A stretch of DNA of 57,413 nt. It comes from an uncultured Halobacteriales archaeon. GTDB taxonomy: Archaea > Halobacteriota > Halobacteria > Halobacteriales > Halobacteriaceae. The position numbers and the translations under genes are program-made. Numbering within the stretch: the stretch's first letter is position 1; the number at the start of each line of letters is the position of its first letter. The notes beneath the pieces were generated by a model. It searched no databases. It was not told the DNA's origin and saw nothing but the letters and a program-made list of their open reading frames with translations. The stretch lies in assembly GCA_964626045.1 (NCBI GenBank), contig CAZVCA010000003.1:1-57413 (forward strand), written 5' to 3'. Positions 49,181 to 57,413 of this stretch are shown here, piece after piece.

Positions 49181-49777
49181 TTACGGGTCGTAGCGAAAGA
49201 GCGCGGCGGCGTTCTCGGCAAACGAGCGGGTGTTCTCGTCGAAGGAGGATCCATATCGAAGCAAGAGCGAAAGCACTGTTTCGGGCCGTTCGACCCGATA
49301 GCCGTCGGTGCGGTCGAGCAGCCCAGTTTCCTCCATCGTGGACCCGAACTTGCTGATCGTCGCGGCCGAGACCTCGAGAGCTCTCGCGAGCTCCTGACCG
49401 GATTGCCCCGGCCGTTCGAGGGACTGCAGCACCATCGCTCTCGTCGTGTCCCGTCTGAGATAGCCGAGTGCCATCTGTTCGAACTGATCGAAGCGTCCGG
49501 CCGGCACGTACCGCTTGTAATCGCCATCTCGGCGACACGTCAGCGATCCGGCTTCCGTCAACTGCCGGAGGTGATACTGTGTCTCACCGGTCGCCAGCGT
49601 GAGTTCGTCCCGTATCTTCGAGAAGTGTGTGCCTGGGTTCGTTTCGACGTAGCCGACGATTGCTTCCCGGGCGTCGCTATTGCCGTCTTCACCGGCCGCG
49701 AGCCCGACAAGTGGGCTGCCGGCGCCGACGGCCGCAAACCGTCGCAGCGTCTGCCGTTTTGCTTCGTCGATCGTCAC
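49181..49777 (-). CDS. Double winged-helix transcriptional regulator
   Basis: NPGTHFSKIRDELTLATGETQYHL and PGQSGQELARALEVSAATISK. Confidence 0.85.
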   Translation of the reverse strand: MTIDEAKRQTLRRFAAVGAGSPLVGLAAGEDGNSDAREAIVGYVETNPGTHFSKIRDELTLATGETQYHLRQLTEAGSLTCRRDGDYKRYVPAGRFDQFEQMALGYLRRDTTRAMVLQSLERPGQSGQELARALEVSAATISKFGSTMEETGLLDRTDGYRVERPETVLSLLLRYGSSFDENTRSFAENAAALFRYDP

Positions 49778-49799
49778 GGGTATGCTCCCGAAGGGGGCT

Positions 49800-50912
49800 T
49801 CAGGTATCCTCGCTCTCTTCGATCTCGGCGTCCATCTCCTCGATGACTTCCTCGGCCGGCTTGATCGACCCCGTCCCTTCGGTCAGATCTCCCTCTTCCA
49901 CGTTCATGGGTGCACCGATCTCGTCGAGGATCGCTTCGATGTTGTCAAGCCCCAGTAGTTCCTGTGTTTCCTCGTCGAAATCCAGACTTTCCAGGCCCTC
50001 AGTCGGCTCGGCGACGTCGCTGTCGGTGAGGTGTTTGCTATAGCGGCCCAGAAGCGAGGAGAGTTCCTGGGGAAGGACGAAGGTGGTACTTTCCGCACCG
50101 CCGATGACTTCCAGGGCTTCGAGCCCACGCTCGATCACCGCCCGCTCGCCCATCGACTCCGCGGAACGGGCCCTGAGCACGGTTGAGACCGCGTCTCCCT
50201 GGGCTTCGAGGATCTGGGATTGCTTTTCTCCCTGGGCGCGAATGATGTTCGACCGTTTTTCCCCTTCGGCCCGCTCGATCGCGGATTGGCGTTCGCCCTG
50301 GGCCTCGAGGATCATCGCCCGTCGCTTCCGCTCCGCGGAGGTCTGTTGCTCCATCGCCTGCTGGACGTCCTTGGAGGGGTTCACCTCTCGGACCTCGACT
50401 GACTCGACTCGAATCCCCCACTCGTCGGTCGGTTCGTCGAGTTCTTTGCGGATCCTGGCGTTGATCTCCTGTCGCTTGTTCAACGTATCGTCCAGTTCCA
50501 TATCCCCGATGACGGCACGCAGCGTCGTCTGGGCCAGATTCGAGACGGCGCGTTTGTAGTCATCGACTTCCAGGAAGGCCCGTTTGGCATTCATGACCCG
50601 AATATACACGACGGCGTCGGCCGTGACCGGTGAGTTGTCCCGGGTAATGGCTTCCTGCCGGGGGACGTCGATGGTCTGGGTTCGCATATCGAAGATATAC
50701 GTCCGGGACACGAACGGTGGAATGAAATTGATCCCCGGTTCGAGCAGGCCGCGGAACTCGCCGAAGACGGTCAGTGCTTCCTTCTCGTAGGCGTCGACGA
50801 TTTCGATCGCCTGATACACTGCGACGATGAGCAATATCAGGAGCAGTAACCCCACGACTGTGAGGGGCGATGCGCTCGACAGCCCGATCAGGGGAATGAG
50901 TGCCATACCCAT
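49800..50912 (-). CDS. SPFH/band 7 (stomatin/QmcA-like) protein
   Basis: QEAITRDNSPV, AQTTLRAVIG, WGIRVESVEV, AERKRRAMILEAQG. Confidence 0.94.
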   Translation of the reverse strand: MGMALIPLIGLSSASPLTVVGLLLLILLIVAVYQAIEIVDAYEKEALTVFGEFRGLLEPGINFIPPFVSRTYIFDMRTQTIDVPRQEAITRDNSPVTADAVVYIRVMNAKRAFLEVDDYKRAVSNLAQTTLRAVIGDMELDDTLNKRQEINARIRKELDEPTDEWGIRVESVEVREVNPSKDVQQAMEQQTSAERKRRAMILEAQGERQSAIERAEGEKRSNIIRAQGEKQSQILEAQGDAVSTVLRARSAESMGERAVIERGLEALEVIGGAESTTFVLPQELSSLLGRYSKHLTDSDVAEPTEGLESLDFDEETQELLGLDNIEAILDEIGAPMNVEEGDLTEGTGSIKPAEEVIEEMDAEIEESEDT

Positions 50913-50949
50913 ATTTGTGTTCGACGGGTGATAAACCTGCGCCAGCCGG

Positions 50950-51507
50950 TTAGCTTCGCTCCTCCTCGGTTTCGGCCAGTTCGCCGGCCCGAGTCTGTGT
51001 TTCCCTGCCGTTCCGCGCGAGTTCCCGGTCGATGTCGTCTCGCTGGGCGATCGCTTCGACGGTCAGCACGTTGCCGCCGCCGGGGTCCATGACGATGATT
51101 TCGGCCCCTTCGGGAATCGGCTCGTCGCGGCTGCGGGCTTCGTAGGTCGGGTCAAACCCCCCTGACTCCAATTTCACCCGCCCGGTTCGGTTGGTCACGC
51201 GTTCGAGGACGTATCCCCGTTCCCCGACGAGTTCGGCCGAGCCTTCGGTTTTCCCCCGGTCGCTTCCCTTGTAGAATTCGAAGTCCCGGTACACGTAGAA
51301 CGATCCCGCGCCGGCAAGCAGGACCACCAGGCCCAGCACCAACGGGTTCGCAGCCGCTGGTATCGTCAAACCGACGAGTCCCGCGGCGAGCAGGGCGATC
51401 CCGATCACGATGAAATGGGCCCCCGGGGCAAAGGCTTCCAGGACGGTGAGGACGAGGCCGGCCACGAGGAGGATCGTGGTCAGGGACTCGCCGAGCAGCG
51501 ATACCAT
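50950..51507 (-). CDS. NfeD-family membrane protein (short YbbJ type)
   Basis: Three N-terminal TMs, LEAFAPGAHF, C-terminal OB fold ending DPGGGNVLTVE; paired with SPFH. Confidence 0.88.
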   Translation of the reverse strand: MVSLLGESLTTILLVAGLVLTVLEAFAPGAHFIVIGIALLAAGLVGLTIPAAANPLVLGLVVLLAGAGSFYVYRDFEFYKGSDRGKTEGSAELVGERGYVLERVTNRTGRVKLESGGFDPTYEARSRDEPIPEGAEIIVMDPGGGNVLTVEAIAQRDDIDRELARNGRETQTRAGELAETEEERS

Positions 51508-51565
51508 ATCCCACGTTTCGTCCCCGGTGGGGAAAACCGTTACCCGGCCAGTGGGGGTTGCCGGT

Positions 51566-51718
51566 TTACAGACTGATAACCAGCAAGGCGATGGCGAGGC
51601 CGGCGCCCAATAGGAACGGAATCACGTGTTCGAGATCGGGCGAGCCGGGTTCGATCGGGTCCGGTTCCTCCGGCTCCTCGGGACCGACCTCCTCGACGTC
51701 GTATTTCCACTCGCTCAT
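51566..51718 (-). CDS. 50-aa tail-anchored membrane micro-protein (absent from the ORF track)
   Basis: Hand translation: MSEWKYDVEEVGPEEPEEPDPIEPGSPDLEHVIPFLLGAGLAIALLVISL*; ATGA overlap with pyk stop. Confidence 0.75.
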   Translation of the reverse strand: MSEWKYDVEEVGPEEPEEPDPIEPGSPDLEHVIPFLLGAGLAIALLVISL

Positions 51719-53484
51719 CGGCGATCCCCCCGGGCTCCCCGATCGGATTGCGTGACGTCACCCTCGTAGACGACCCCTCGCTCGCCGTCCACGGTGACGA
51801 TCTCGCCCGGTTCGAGGTCCTCGATGTCGACCCCGCTGATCATGGGGACGCCGAGTTCCCGGGCGACCATCGCGGCGTAACTGGTCATCCCGGATTCGGC
51901 GCTGACGATGCCGGCGAGGTTCTCGACGCCCTCGGTGAGATCGCCGTCGAATCCTGAGCGAATGAGCCCGATGCTCTCTGGCTCGACAGCCGTCAGGTCG
52001 GCTCCTTCGAGTTCGACGAGCGGCCCGGCGACCCGGCCGTCGATGATGGAACGGCCGACGGCGAGGGTTTCGGCGGCCACGTGGACTTTGAGGGTGTTCG
52101 TGGTGTCTTCGCCCTCGAGTTCGGTCATCATGCCCGTGAGGACGACGACGGTATCCCCGGGATCGATCACCCCCGAATCGAGGCCGGCGCGAACGGAGTC
52201 CTGGACCACGGTCGTTGCCGTCCCAGATTGCACGTCGGCGTACTGGGCGTTTACGCCCCAGACCAGCCCGAGCTGCCGACGCACCCGGTCGCTTGGCGTG
52301 CTCGCGACCACCGGAACGCTCGGTCTGAACTTGGCGACTCGCCTGGCTGTGAACCCAGACTCGCTTGCCACCACGACAGCGCTTGCGTCGACGTCCCTCG
52401 CCAGATAGCGGGCTGACCTGGCCAGCGCATCGGTGCGACTGTCCCCGGCGGCGTCGGGGACCCGCTGCTCGAGGATATCGCCGTACTCGTCGCTCGCTTC
52501 GATTTGTCGAATGATCCGGTCCATCGTCTCGACGACCTGGGTGGGGTGGGCCCCGATAGCGGTTTCAGCAGAGAGCATGACGGCGTCGGTGCCGTCGAGA
52601 ACGGCGTTCGCCACGTCTGAGGCCTCCGCCCGGGTCGGACGTGCCTGTTCGACCATCGAATCGAGCATTTCCGTGGCGGTGATCACGGGGACGCCGGCGG
52701 CCTGGCTCTTCGAGATGATGCGCTTTTGGATGAGCGGGACATCCTCCATCGGGAGTTCCACGCCCAGATCGCCGCGGGCGACCATGATGCCCTGGGCGGC
52801 GTGGATGATCTCGTCCAGATGATCGACGGCGTCCGCCCGCTCGATCTTCGCGATGACGGGGATTTCCGCGCCGAGGGCCTCGACGGCTCGGCCCACTTCG
52901 AGAACGTCAGCGGCGTCCCTGACGAAGCTGGCCGCGACGAAATCGGCGCCGGCCTCGGCGGCCAGTTCGAGGTCCTCGCGGTCCTTCTCGGTCACCACGT
53001 CGAGATCGAGGTCGACGCCGGGTACGTTGACCCCTTTGTGACTCTCCAGATCGCCCCCATTCTCGACCGTTGCCCGCACGATTCCGTCCGTTACGCCCTC
53101 GACTCGGGTTTGGATCCGGCCGTCATCGAGCAAGATCCGGTCTCCGGGCGAGACCTGGGAGACGTCCGTCGAAAGGCCGATCCGGTCTTCCGTGACGGTT
53201 TCACCCTCGACGAACTGGACGACGGTCCCCGTTTCGAGGGACACCGGCTCGTCCGTCTGCCCGGTGCGGATTTCAGGTCCCTGGAGGTCGATCATGACCG
53301 CGACCGGTTTCTCCGTCGTGGCGTCGACCTGCCTTGCCCGCTCGATCAGGGCAGCCCGGTCCTCGCGGGTGCCATGACTCGAATTGATCCGTGCGACGGT
53401 CATCCCGGCGTCGGCCAACGCCCGGATCGCGTCGCGGTCCTCGGTCGCCGGCCCGAGGGTGCAGACGATCTTCGCGTTTCGCAT
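51715..53484 (-). CDS. pyk: Pyruvate kinase with C-terminal PEP-utiliser swivel-like domain
   Basis: KIVCTLGPA, DLQGPEIR, AKIER, MVARGDLGVE, ATEMLDSM, DAVMLSAETA. Confidence 0.97.
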   Translation of the reverse strand: MRNAKIVCTLGPATEDRDAIRALADAGMTVARINSSHGTREDRAALIERARQVDATTEKPVAVMIDLQGPEIRTGQTDEPVSLETGTVVQFVEGETVTEDRIGLSTDVSQVSPGDRILLDDGRIQTRVEGVTDGIVRATVENGGDLESHKGVNVPGVDLDLDVVTEKDREDLELAAEAGADFVAASFVRDAADVLEVGRAVEALGAEIPVIAKIERADAVDHLDEIIHAAQGIMVARGDLGVELPMEDVPLIQKRIISKSQAAGVPVITATEMLDSMVEQARPTRAEASDVANAVLDGTDAVMLSAETAIGAHPTQVVETMDRIIRQIEASDEYGDILEQRVPDAAGDSRTDALARSARYLARDVDASAVVVASESGFTARRVAKFRPSVPVVASTPSDRVRRQLGLVWGVNAQYADVQSGTATTVVQDSVRAGLDSGVIDPGDTVVVLTGMMTELEGEDTTNTLKVHVAAETLAVGRSIIDGRVAGPLVELEGADLTAVEPESIGLIRSGFDGDLTEGVENLAGIVSAESGMTSYAAMVARELGVPMISGVDIEDLEPGEIVTVDGERGVVYEGDVTQSDRGARGDRR

Positions 53485-53563
53485 TACCCACCGTAGAAGC
53501 GCCGCCCGAATAAAGGTGCCACGTCGGCGGTCCGTCACCGACTGGGCCTCCGCAGTTCGTCGC

Positions 53564-55618
53564 TTACTGAATCTTCGTGCCGGGTAGGCTGTCTCCCTGG
53601 GTCGTCAGGAGGTCGGCCTCGTCGCCGGCGGCAAGCAACATTCCGTTTGACTCGACGCCGAAGAGTTCGGCTTTTTCCAGGTTCGCCAGGACCACGATGC
53701 TCGTCCCGGGCAGGTCCTCGACGTCGTGCAACTGCCGGATGCCGGCGACGAGCTGGCGGGTCTCGGCCCCGATATCGACCTGCAGTCTGACGAGTTTGTC
53801 CGCGCCCTCGATGGGCTCGGCGGATTCGATCTGTCCGACACGGATATCCAGGTCCTCGAAGTCCTCGAAGCTGATGCGGTCCTCGGTGATGGGTTCGATG
53901 TCAGTCATGGTCTCGTCGGGTTCGGCTTCCTCGCTTGTTTCCTCGATGCGATCCTCCAGGGCCTCCTGTCGCGATTCGACTTGCTCGTCCTCGATCTTTT
54001 CGAAGGGCTCACGGGGCTCCTCGAAGATTTCGGGTGGGGCCTCCAGACAGGCGTCCAGTTCCGCTTCAGCGAGCCCTGGGGACTCGTTCAGGTCGGCCCA
54101 GATCCGCTCGGCGGCCCGTGGTGTAAACGGTGCCAGGGTGACGGCGACGGCTTTCACGAGCTGGACCGTGTCCCGGATGACCTGGGCGGCGGTCTCGGGG
54201 TCCTCATCGAGGAGGTTCCAGGGTTCGTTGCGCTGAATGTACTCGTTGCCAAACCGGGCGAGTTCGAGCGGGACGGTGCCGGCGTCACGGACCGAGTAGT
54301 CGTTGACCGCGGCGCGGAAGTCCGCCATGGCATCCTCGATTTCGGCTTCGACGGACTCGGATACGGCGACATCAGGGGTACCGTCGTAGTTGCGAGACGC
54401 AAAGAGCAACGACCGGTAGACGAAGTTGCCGACGTCATCCGCCAGTTCCGTGTTCACCCGCTCCTGGAAGGCCTCCCAGGAGAAGTCGATATCCCGTTCG
54501 AAGGCCCCGGCTGTGGTGATGTAATACCGCAGCAGGTCCGTATCGAAGGGGGAGTCGAGGTATTCGTCAGCCCAGACGGCCCGGTCCCGGCTCGTCGAGA
54601 AGCCAGCGCCGTCGAGGTTGACGAAGCCACTCGCCATGACGGCGCGTGGCTCGGTGTACCCCGCGCCGTGGAGCATCGCCGGCCAGAAGACGGTGTGGTG
54701 CTGGATGATGTCCCGGCCGATGACGTGGACGATCTCCCCGTCCTCGCGCCACGCCTCCCTCCAGTCGAAGGTGTCCTCTCCGACGCGATCGGTGTACTGT
54801 TTGCTCGAGGCGATGTACTCGATCGGTGCGTCGACCCAGACGTAGAGCACGAGGTCCGTCTCCTCCCCGTCAGTTTCGGGATAGTCGATGCCCCAGTCGA
54901 GATCGCGGGTAATACACCAGTCCTGCAGTTCGCCCTCGATCCACTCGCGGGGCTGGTTGCTGGCGTTTTTCGTCCCATCCAGCCGCTCGATAAAGTCCCC
55001 GAGATAGTCCTGGAAGGCGGACACCTCGAAGAATTTGTGGGAACGCGAGCGATACTCCGCCGGGTTCCCGGTGAGGCTGCTCGTCGGGTTCTCGATCTCG
55101 CCGGGTTCGAGGTGGCGGCCACAACCTTCATCACACTCGTCGCCGCGAGCTTCGGCCCCACAATACGGACAGGTCCCTTCGACGTATCGATCCGGAAGCG
55201 GCTGATCCTCGATGGGGTCCCAGGCGACCTCGATCTCTTTCTCGTAGACGTATCCCTCCTCGTCGAGTGTCTCGACGATGTCCTGAGTCAACTCGACGTT
55301 CGTTTCCTGGTTCGTATGGCCGTAGTTGTCGAATTCGACGTCGAATTGGGGGAACGTTTCCTCGTAGGTTTCGTGCCAGTCGAGGGCGAAGTCCTCGGGG
55401 GAGACCCCGGCCTCCGCGGCGTTGACGGCGATCGGGGTCCCATGCATGTCCGATCCCGAGACGAAGGCGGTCTCTTGGCCGATCGTTCGGAGCGCCCGTG
55501 TCAGAACGTCCCCGCTCACGTAGGTCCGGAGGTGGCCGATGTGGAGGTCCCCGTTCGCGTACGGGAGGCCACAGGTCACCACCGCCGGGCTATCCGTGGG
55601 GAAGGGCTCGTGGCTCAT
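53564..55618 (-). CDS. metG: Methionine--tRNA ligase with C-terminal tRNA-binding domain
   Basis: LPYANGDLHIGH, CPYCG..ECDEGC knuckle, YVWVDAPIEY, KMSKS-equivalent GFSTS, Trbp111-like tail. Confidence 0.97.
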   Translation of the reverse strand: MSHEPFPTDSPAVVTCGLPYANGDLHIGHLRTYVSGDVLTRALRTIGQETAFVSGSDMHGTPIAVNAAEAGVSPEDFALDWHETYEETFPQFDVEFDNYGHTNQETNVELTQDIVETLDEEGYVYEKEIEVAWDPIEDQPLPDRYVEGTCPYCGAEARGDECDEGCGRHLEPGEIENPTSSLTGNPAEYRSRSHKFFEVSAFQDYLGDFIERLDGTKNASNQPREWIEGELQDWCITRDLDWGIDYPETDGEETDLVLYVWVDAPIEYIASSKQYTDRVGEDTFDWREAWREDGEIVHVIGRDIIQHHTVFWPAMLHGAGYTEPRAVMASGFVNLDGAGFSTSRDRAVWADEYLDSPFDTDLLRYYITTAGAFERDIDFSWEAFQERVNTELADDVGNFVYRSLLFASRNYDGTPDVAVSESVEAEIEDAMADFRAAVNDYSVRDAGTVPLELARFGNEYIQRNEPWNLLDEDPETAAQVIRDTVQLVKAVAVTLAPFTPRAAERIWADLNESPGLAEAELDACLEAPPEIFEEPREPFEKIEDEQVESRQEALEDRIEETSEEAEPDETMTDIEPITEDRISFEDFEDLDIRVGQIESAEPIEGADKLVRLQVDIGAETRQLVAGIRQLHDVEDLPGTSIVVLANLEKAELFGVESNGMLLAAGDEADLLTTQGDSLPGTKIQ

Positions 55619-55661
55619 GGGTATGGATGCCGGCCCGGCAGGTTAAAGCTCCTCGTTTCCG

Positions 55662-56225
55662 TTAGACGAAGAAAAAGACGCCTTCGATGATCCCCATCGT
55701 CACCAGCAGGCGCCCGACGCTGCCGGCGAAGGCTGCGGCGGCGAACTTCCGGTAGCTGCTTCCGATGACCGAGAAGGCATAGATTGAGGCGGTGTCGGGG
55801 AAAAACGGGACACTCAGACCGGCGGCCATGCCGAGATAGCCCCACCGTTTGCCCATCCTGACGAGCGTTCGCTGGGACCATTCAAGCGGCTGAAATCCCA
55901 GGCGGCGGAGGGCCCGGATGACCGGTCCCGAGTGAGCGGCGTTGTGACCGACCATCAGGGCGATGACACTCCCGACCGCTTTGCCCAGCCCGCTCACGAC
56001 GATGACGAGTCCGACCTGGACCTCGTATGGCAACGGCGACAACGCGAGGGTATTGACCGTGGAGAAATAGCCGACGGGAATGAGAACCACCTCGCTCGGC
56101 AGCGGGAGGACAAAGGCAATCAAAACCGAGTAGACGAAGATCACGCCCACACCGCTCCACCCGGAAGCGGCCTCGACCCCGGCTCTGAGTCCGTACAGGC
56201 CGAGATCGAGGAGCGATTCGATCAT
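55662..56225 (-). CDS. DedA/VTT (YqaA-like) membrane protein
   Basis: LPLPSEVVL, GKAVGS, SVPFFPDT, GSVGRL. Start set at MIESLL. Confidence 0.8.
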   Translation of the reverse strand: MIESLLDLGLYGLRAGVEAASGWSGVGVIFVYSVLIAFVLPLPSEVVLIPVGYFSTVNTLALSPLPYEVQVGLVIVVSGLGKAVGSVIALMVGHNAAHSGPVIRALRRLGFQPLEWSQRTLVRMGKRWGYLGMAAGLSVPFFPDTASIYAFSVIGSSYRKFAAAAFAGSVGRLLVTMGIIEGVFFFV

Positions 56226-56263
56226 AGCTCGGGCGACAAAAGCCGGCCGCAAAACGGTATCGA

Positions 56264-57331
56264 TTATTGCTCGTGGCCATCGAGGTCCGCCAAAACGGAC
56301 TCGAGCATCGATTGCCCCACGTGAGGCATGAGAACGACCCGAATCGCGCCCGTTCCCGTCCGGGCGATTTTCCAGCCCGCCTCGCGGAGGGATTCGAACT
56401 GGCCCGGCTCCGGTTGCCAGGTGACGAGCGGGAGCGAGGGTTCGGCCACCGCATATCCCCGATCCTCGAGTTCGCCTGCGAACCATCGGGCGAGCGCCAT
56501 CGTTCGCTCGAAACTCGCCCGATACCCCGCCGGCCAGAGGGCCTCGATCGCCGCGTGTGCGCTGGCGACGCCGGCGCCACTTCGGGTGCCGCCGAGGGAA
56601 ACCTGCGATTCGGATTCGAGATAGGGGGTTTCGACGGTGAGTGCCTCGAGAATCCCTTTATCGCGGGCGAGGAATCCCCCGGCTGGAACCGCCGCGCGAC
56701 CGGTCTTGTGTGGGTCAATGGTCATCGAATCGATCGACGCGTGACCGAAATGCCAGTCCCGATCGGTGAACGGGAGGAGAAAGCCGCCAAAGGCCGCATC
56801 GACGTGGCAGTGGGCGTCAACAGAATCGGCCACTTGCGCGAGTTCCGGGATCGGGTCGACTCGACCGTATTCGGTCGACCCGGCGACACAGAAGACGAGC
56901 GCGGTCTCGTCGTCTGCGGCCTCGGCCATGGCCTGTGGATCGGCCCGTTCCGCAGCCGTGGTTTCCACCGATCGCAATTCGACGTCCAGAAGCGTTGCGG
57001 CTTTTCGGAGCGAAAAATGGGCACTCGTGGGGGCGACGATGTTCGGTTCGACCGCCTCGGATCGGTTCCTGGCCGCTCGCACGGCCTGGATGTTCGCTTC
57101 GGTGCCGCCACCAGTCACGTATCCGTGGGCGGTCTCCAAACCAGCGATCGAACCGAGCGAGGAGACCACCTTGTCTTCCAGGTCTGTGACCGTTTCGAAG
57201 GTGGCCGGATCGCCGGGATTAGTCGCCAGAAACCGCTGGGCTGCATTGTTTGCTGCTGGCGCCGGCTCCGTGCACATCGAGGAGAGGACCCGATCGTAGG
57301 ACTGCGGTTCGGGATCCGGCAGACGCCTCAT
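56264..57331 (-). CDS. mfnA: PLP-dependent L-tyrosine/L-aspartate decarboxylase
   Basis: VLSSMCTEP, NPGDP, GGTEANIQA, HVDAAFGGF, TIDPHK (PLP Lys), GTRSG. Confidence 0.93.
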   Translation of the reverse strand: MRRLPDPEPQSYDRVLSSMCTEPAPAANNAAQRFLATNPGDPATFETVTDLEDKVVSSLGSIAGLETAHGYVTGGGTEANIQAVRAARNRSEAVEPNIVAPTSAHFSLRKAATLLDVELRSVETTAAERADPQAMAEAADDETALVFCVAGSTEYGRVDPIPELAQVADSVDAHCHVDAAFGGFLLPFTDRDWHFGHASIDSMTIDPHKTGRAAVPAGGFLARDKGILEALTVETPYLESESQVSLGGTRSGAGVASAHAAIEALWPAGYRASFERTMALARWFAGELEDRGYAVAEPSLPLVTWQPEPGQFESLREAGWKIARTGTGAIRVVLMPHVGQSMLESVLADLDGHEQ

Positions 57332-57352
57332 GCCACGGCCAAAGTGGCCGAC

Positions 57353-57413
57353 GGCTTTACCGGTTGTCCTCTCCTGTCAATTCGTGGCCTTACTGGTTGT
57401 CTTCCCCTGTCAA
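57353..57413. repeat. Imperfect 28-bp direct repeat, period 33 bp, running to the window edge
   Basis: GGCTTTACCGGTTGTCCTCTCCTGTCAA (57353-57380) versus GGCCTTACTGGTTGTCTTCCCCTGTCAA (57386-57413): 24/28 identical. Confidence 0.85.

Overview
GC-rich haloarchaeal (class Halobacteria) core-chromosome segment with about 60 densely packed genes encoding acidic proteins, many apparently leaderless. Gene order: DMT transporter, truD, pth2, dcd-thiR, pps-pok-aspS, pcrB-type GGGP synthase, tfb, rnhA, rosR-like PadR, ppa, phosphodiesterase, an 8-gene type IV pilus/Tad-like locus (14341-22790), MFS, Nudix, Hsp20 plus CPxCG micro-protein, COG1031-type radical SAM, TRAM, YkgJ, methyltransferase/GT2, nadM-DUF62-amidohydrolase, lonB, CPBP, MGMT-like, trpCBA-aroA', an opposite-strand APC permease/TrkA pair, aroB', aroD, second tfb, yjjX, aglD, SPFH/NfeD, pyk, metG, mfnA. 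From memory this order closely follows the Halobacterium truD...tfbG...lon...trp...tfbF...metS region. I saw no rRNA, tRNA, CRISPR array, integrase or transposase. The best candidate for an uncharacterised system is the pilus-like locus, which has a 956-aa giant pilin-like protein and apparently no cetZ2 gene next to it. Also notable: several enzymes with altered catalytic motifs, micro-proteins missed by the ORF track, a TRP-box-like palindromic operator before trpC, and two intergenic tandem duplications. All calls come from reading motifs by eye; no searches were run.
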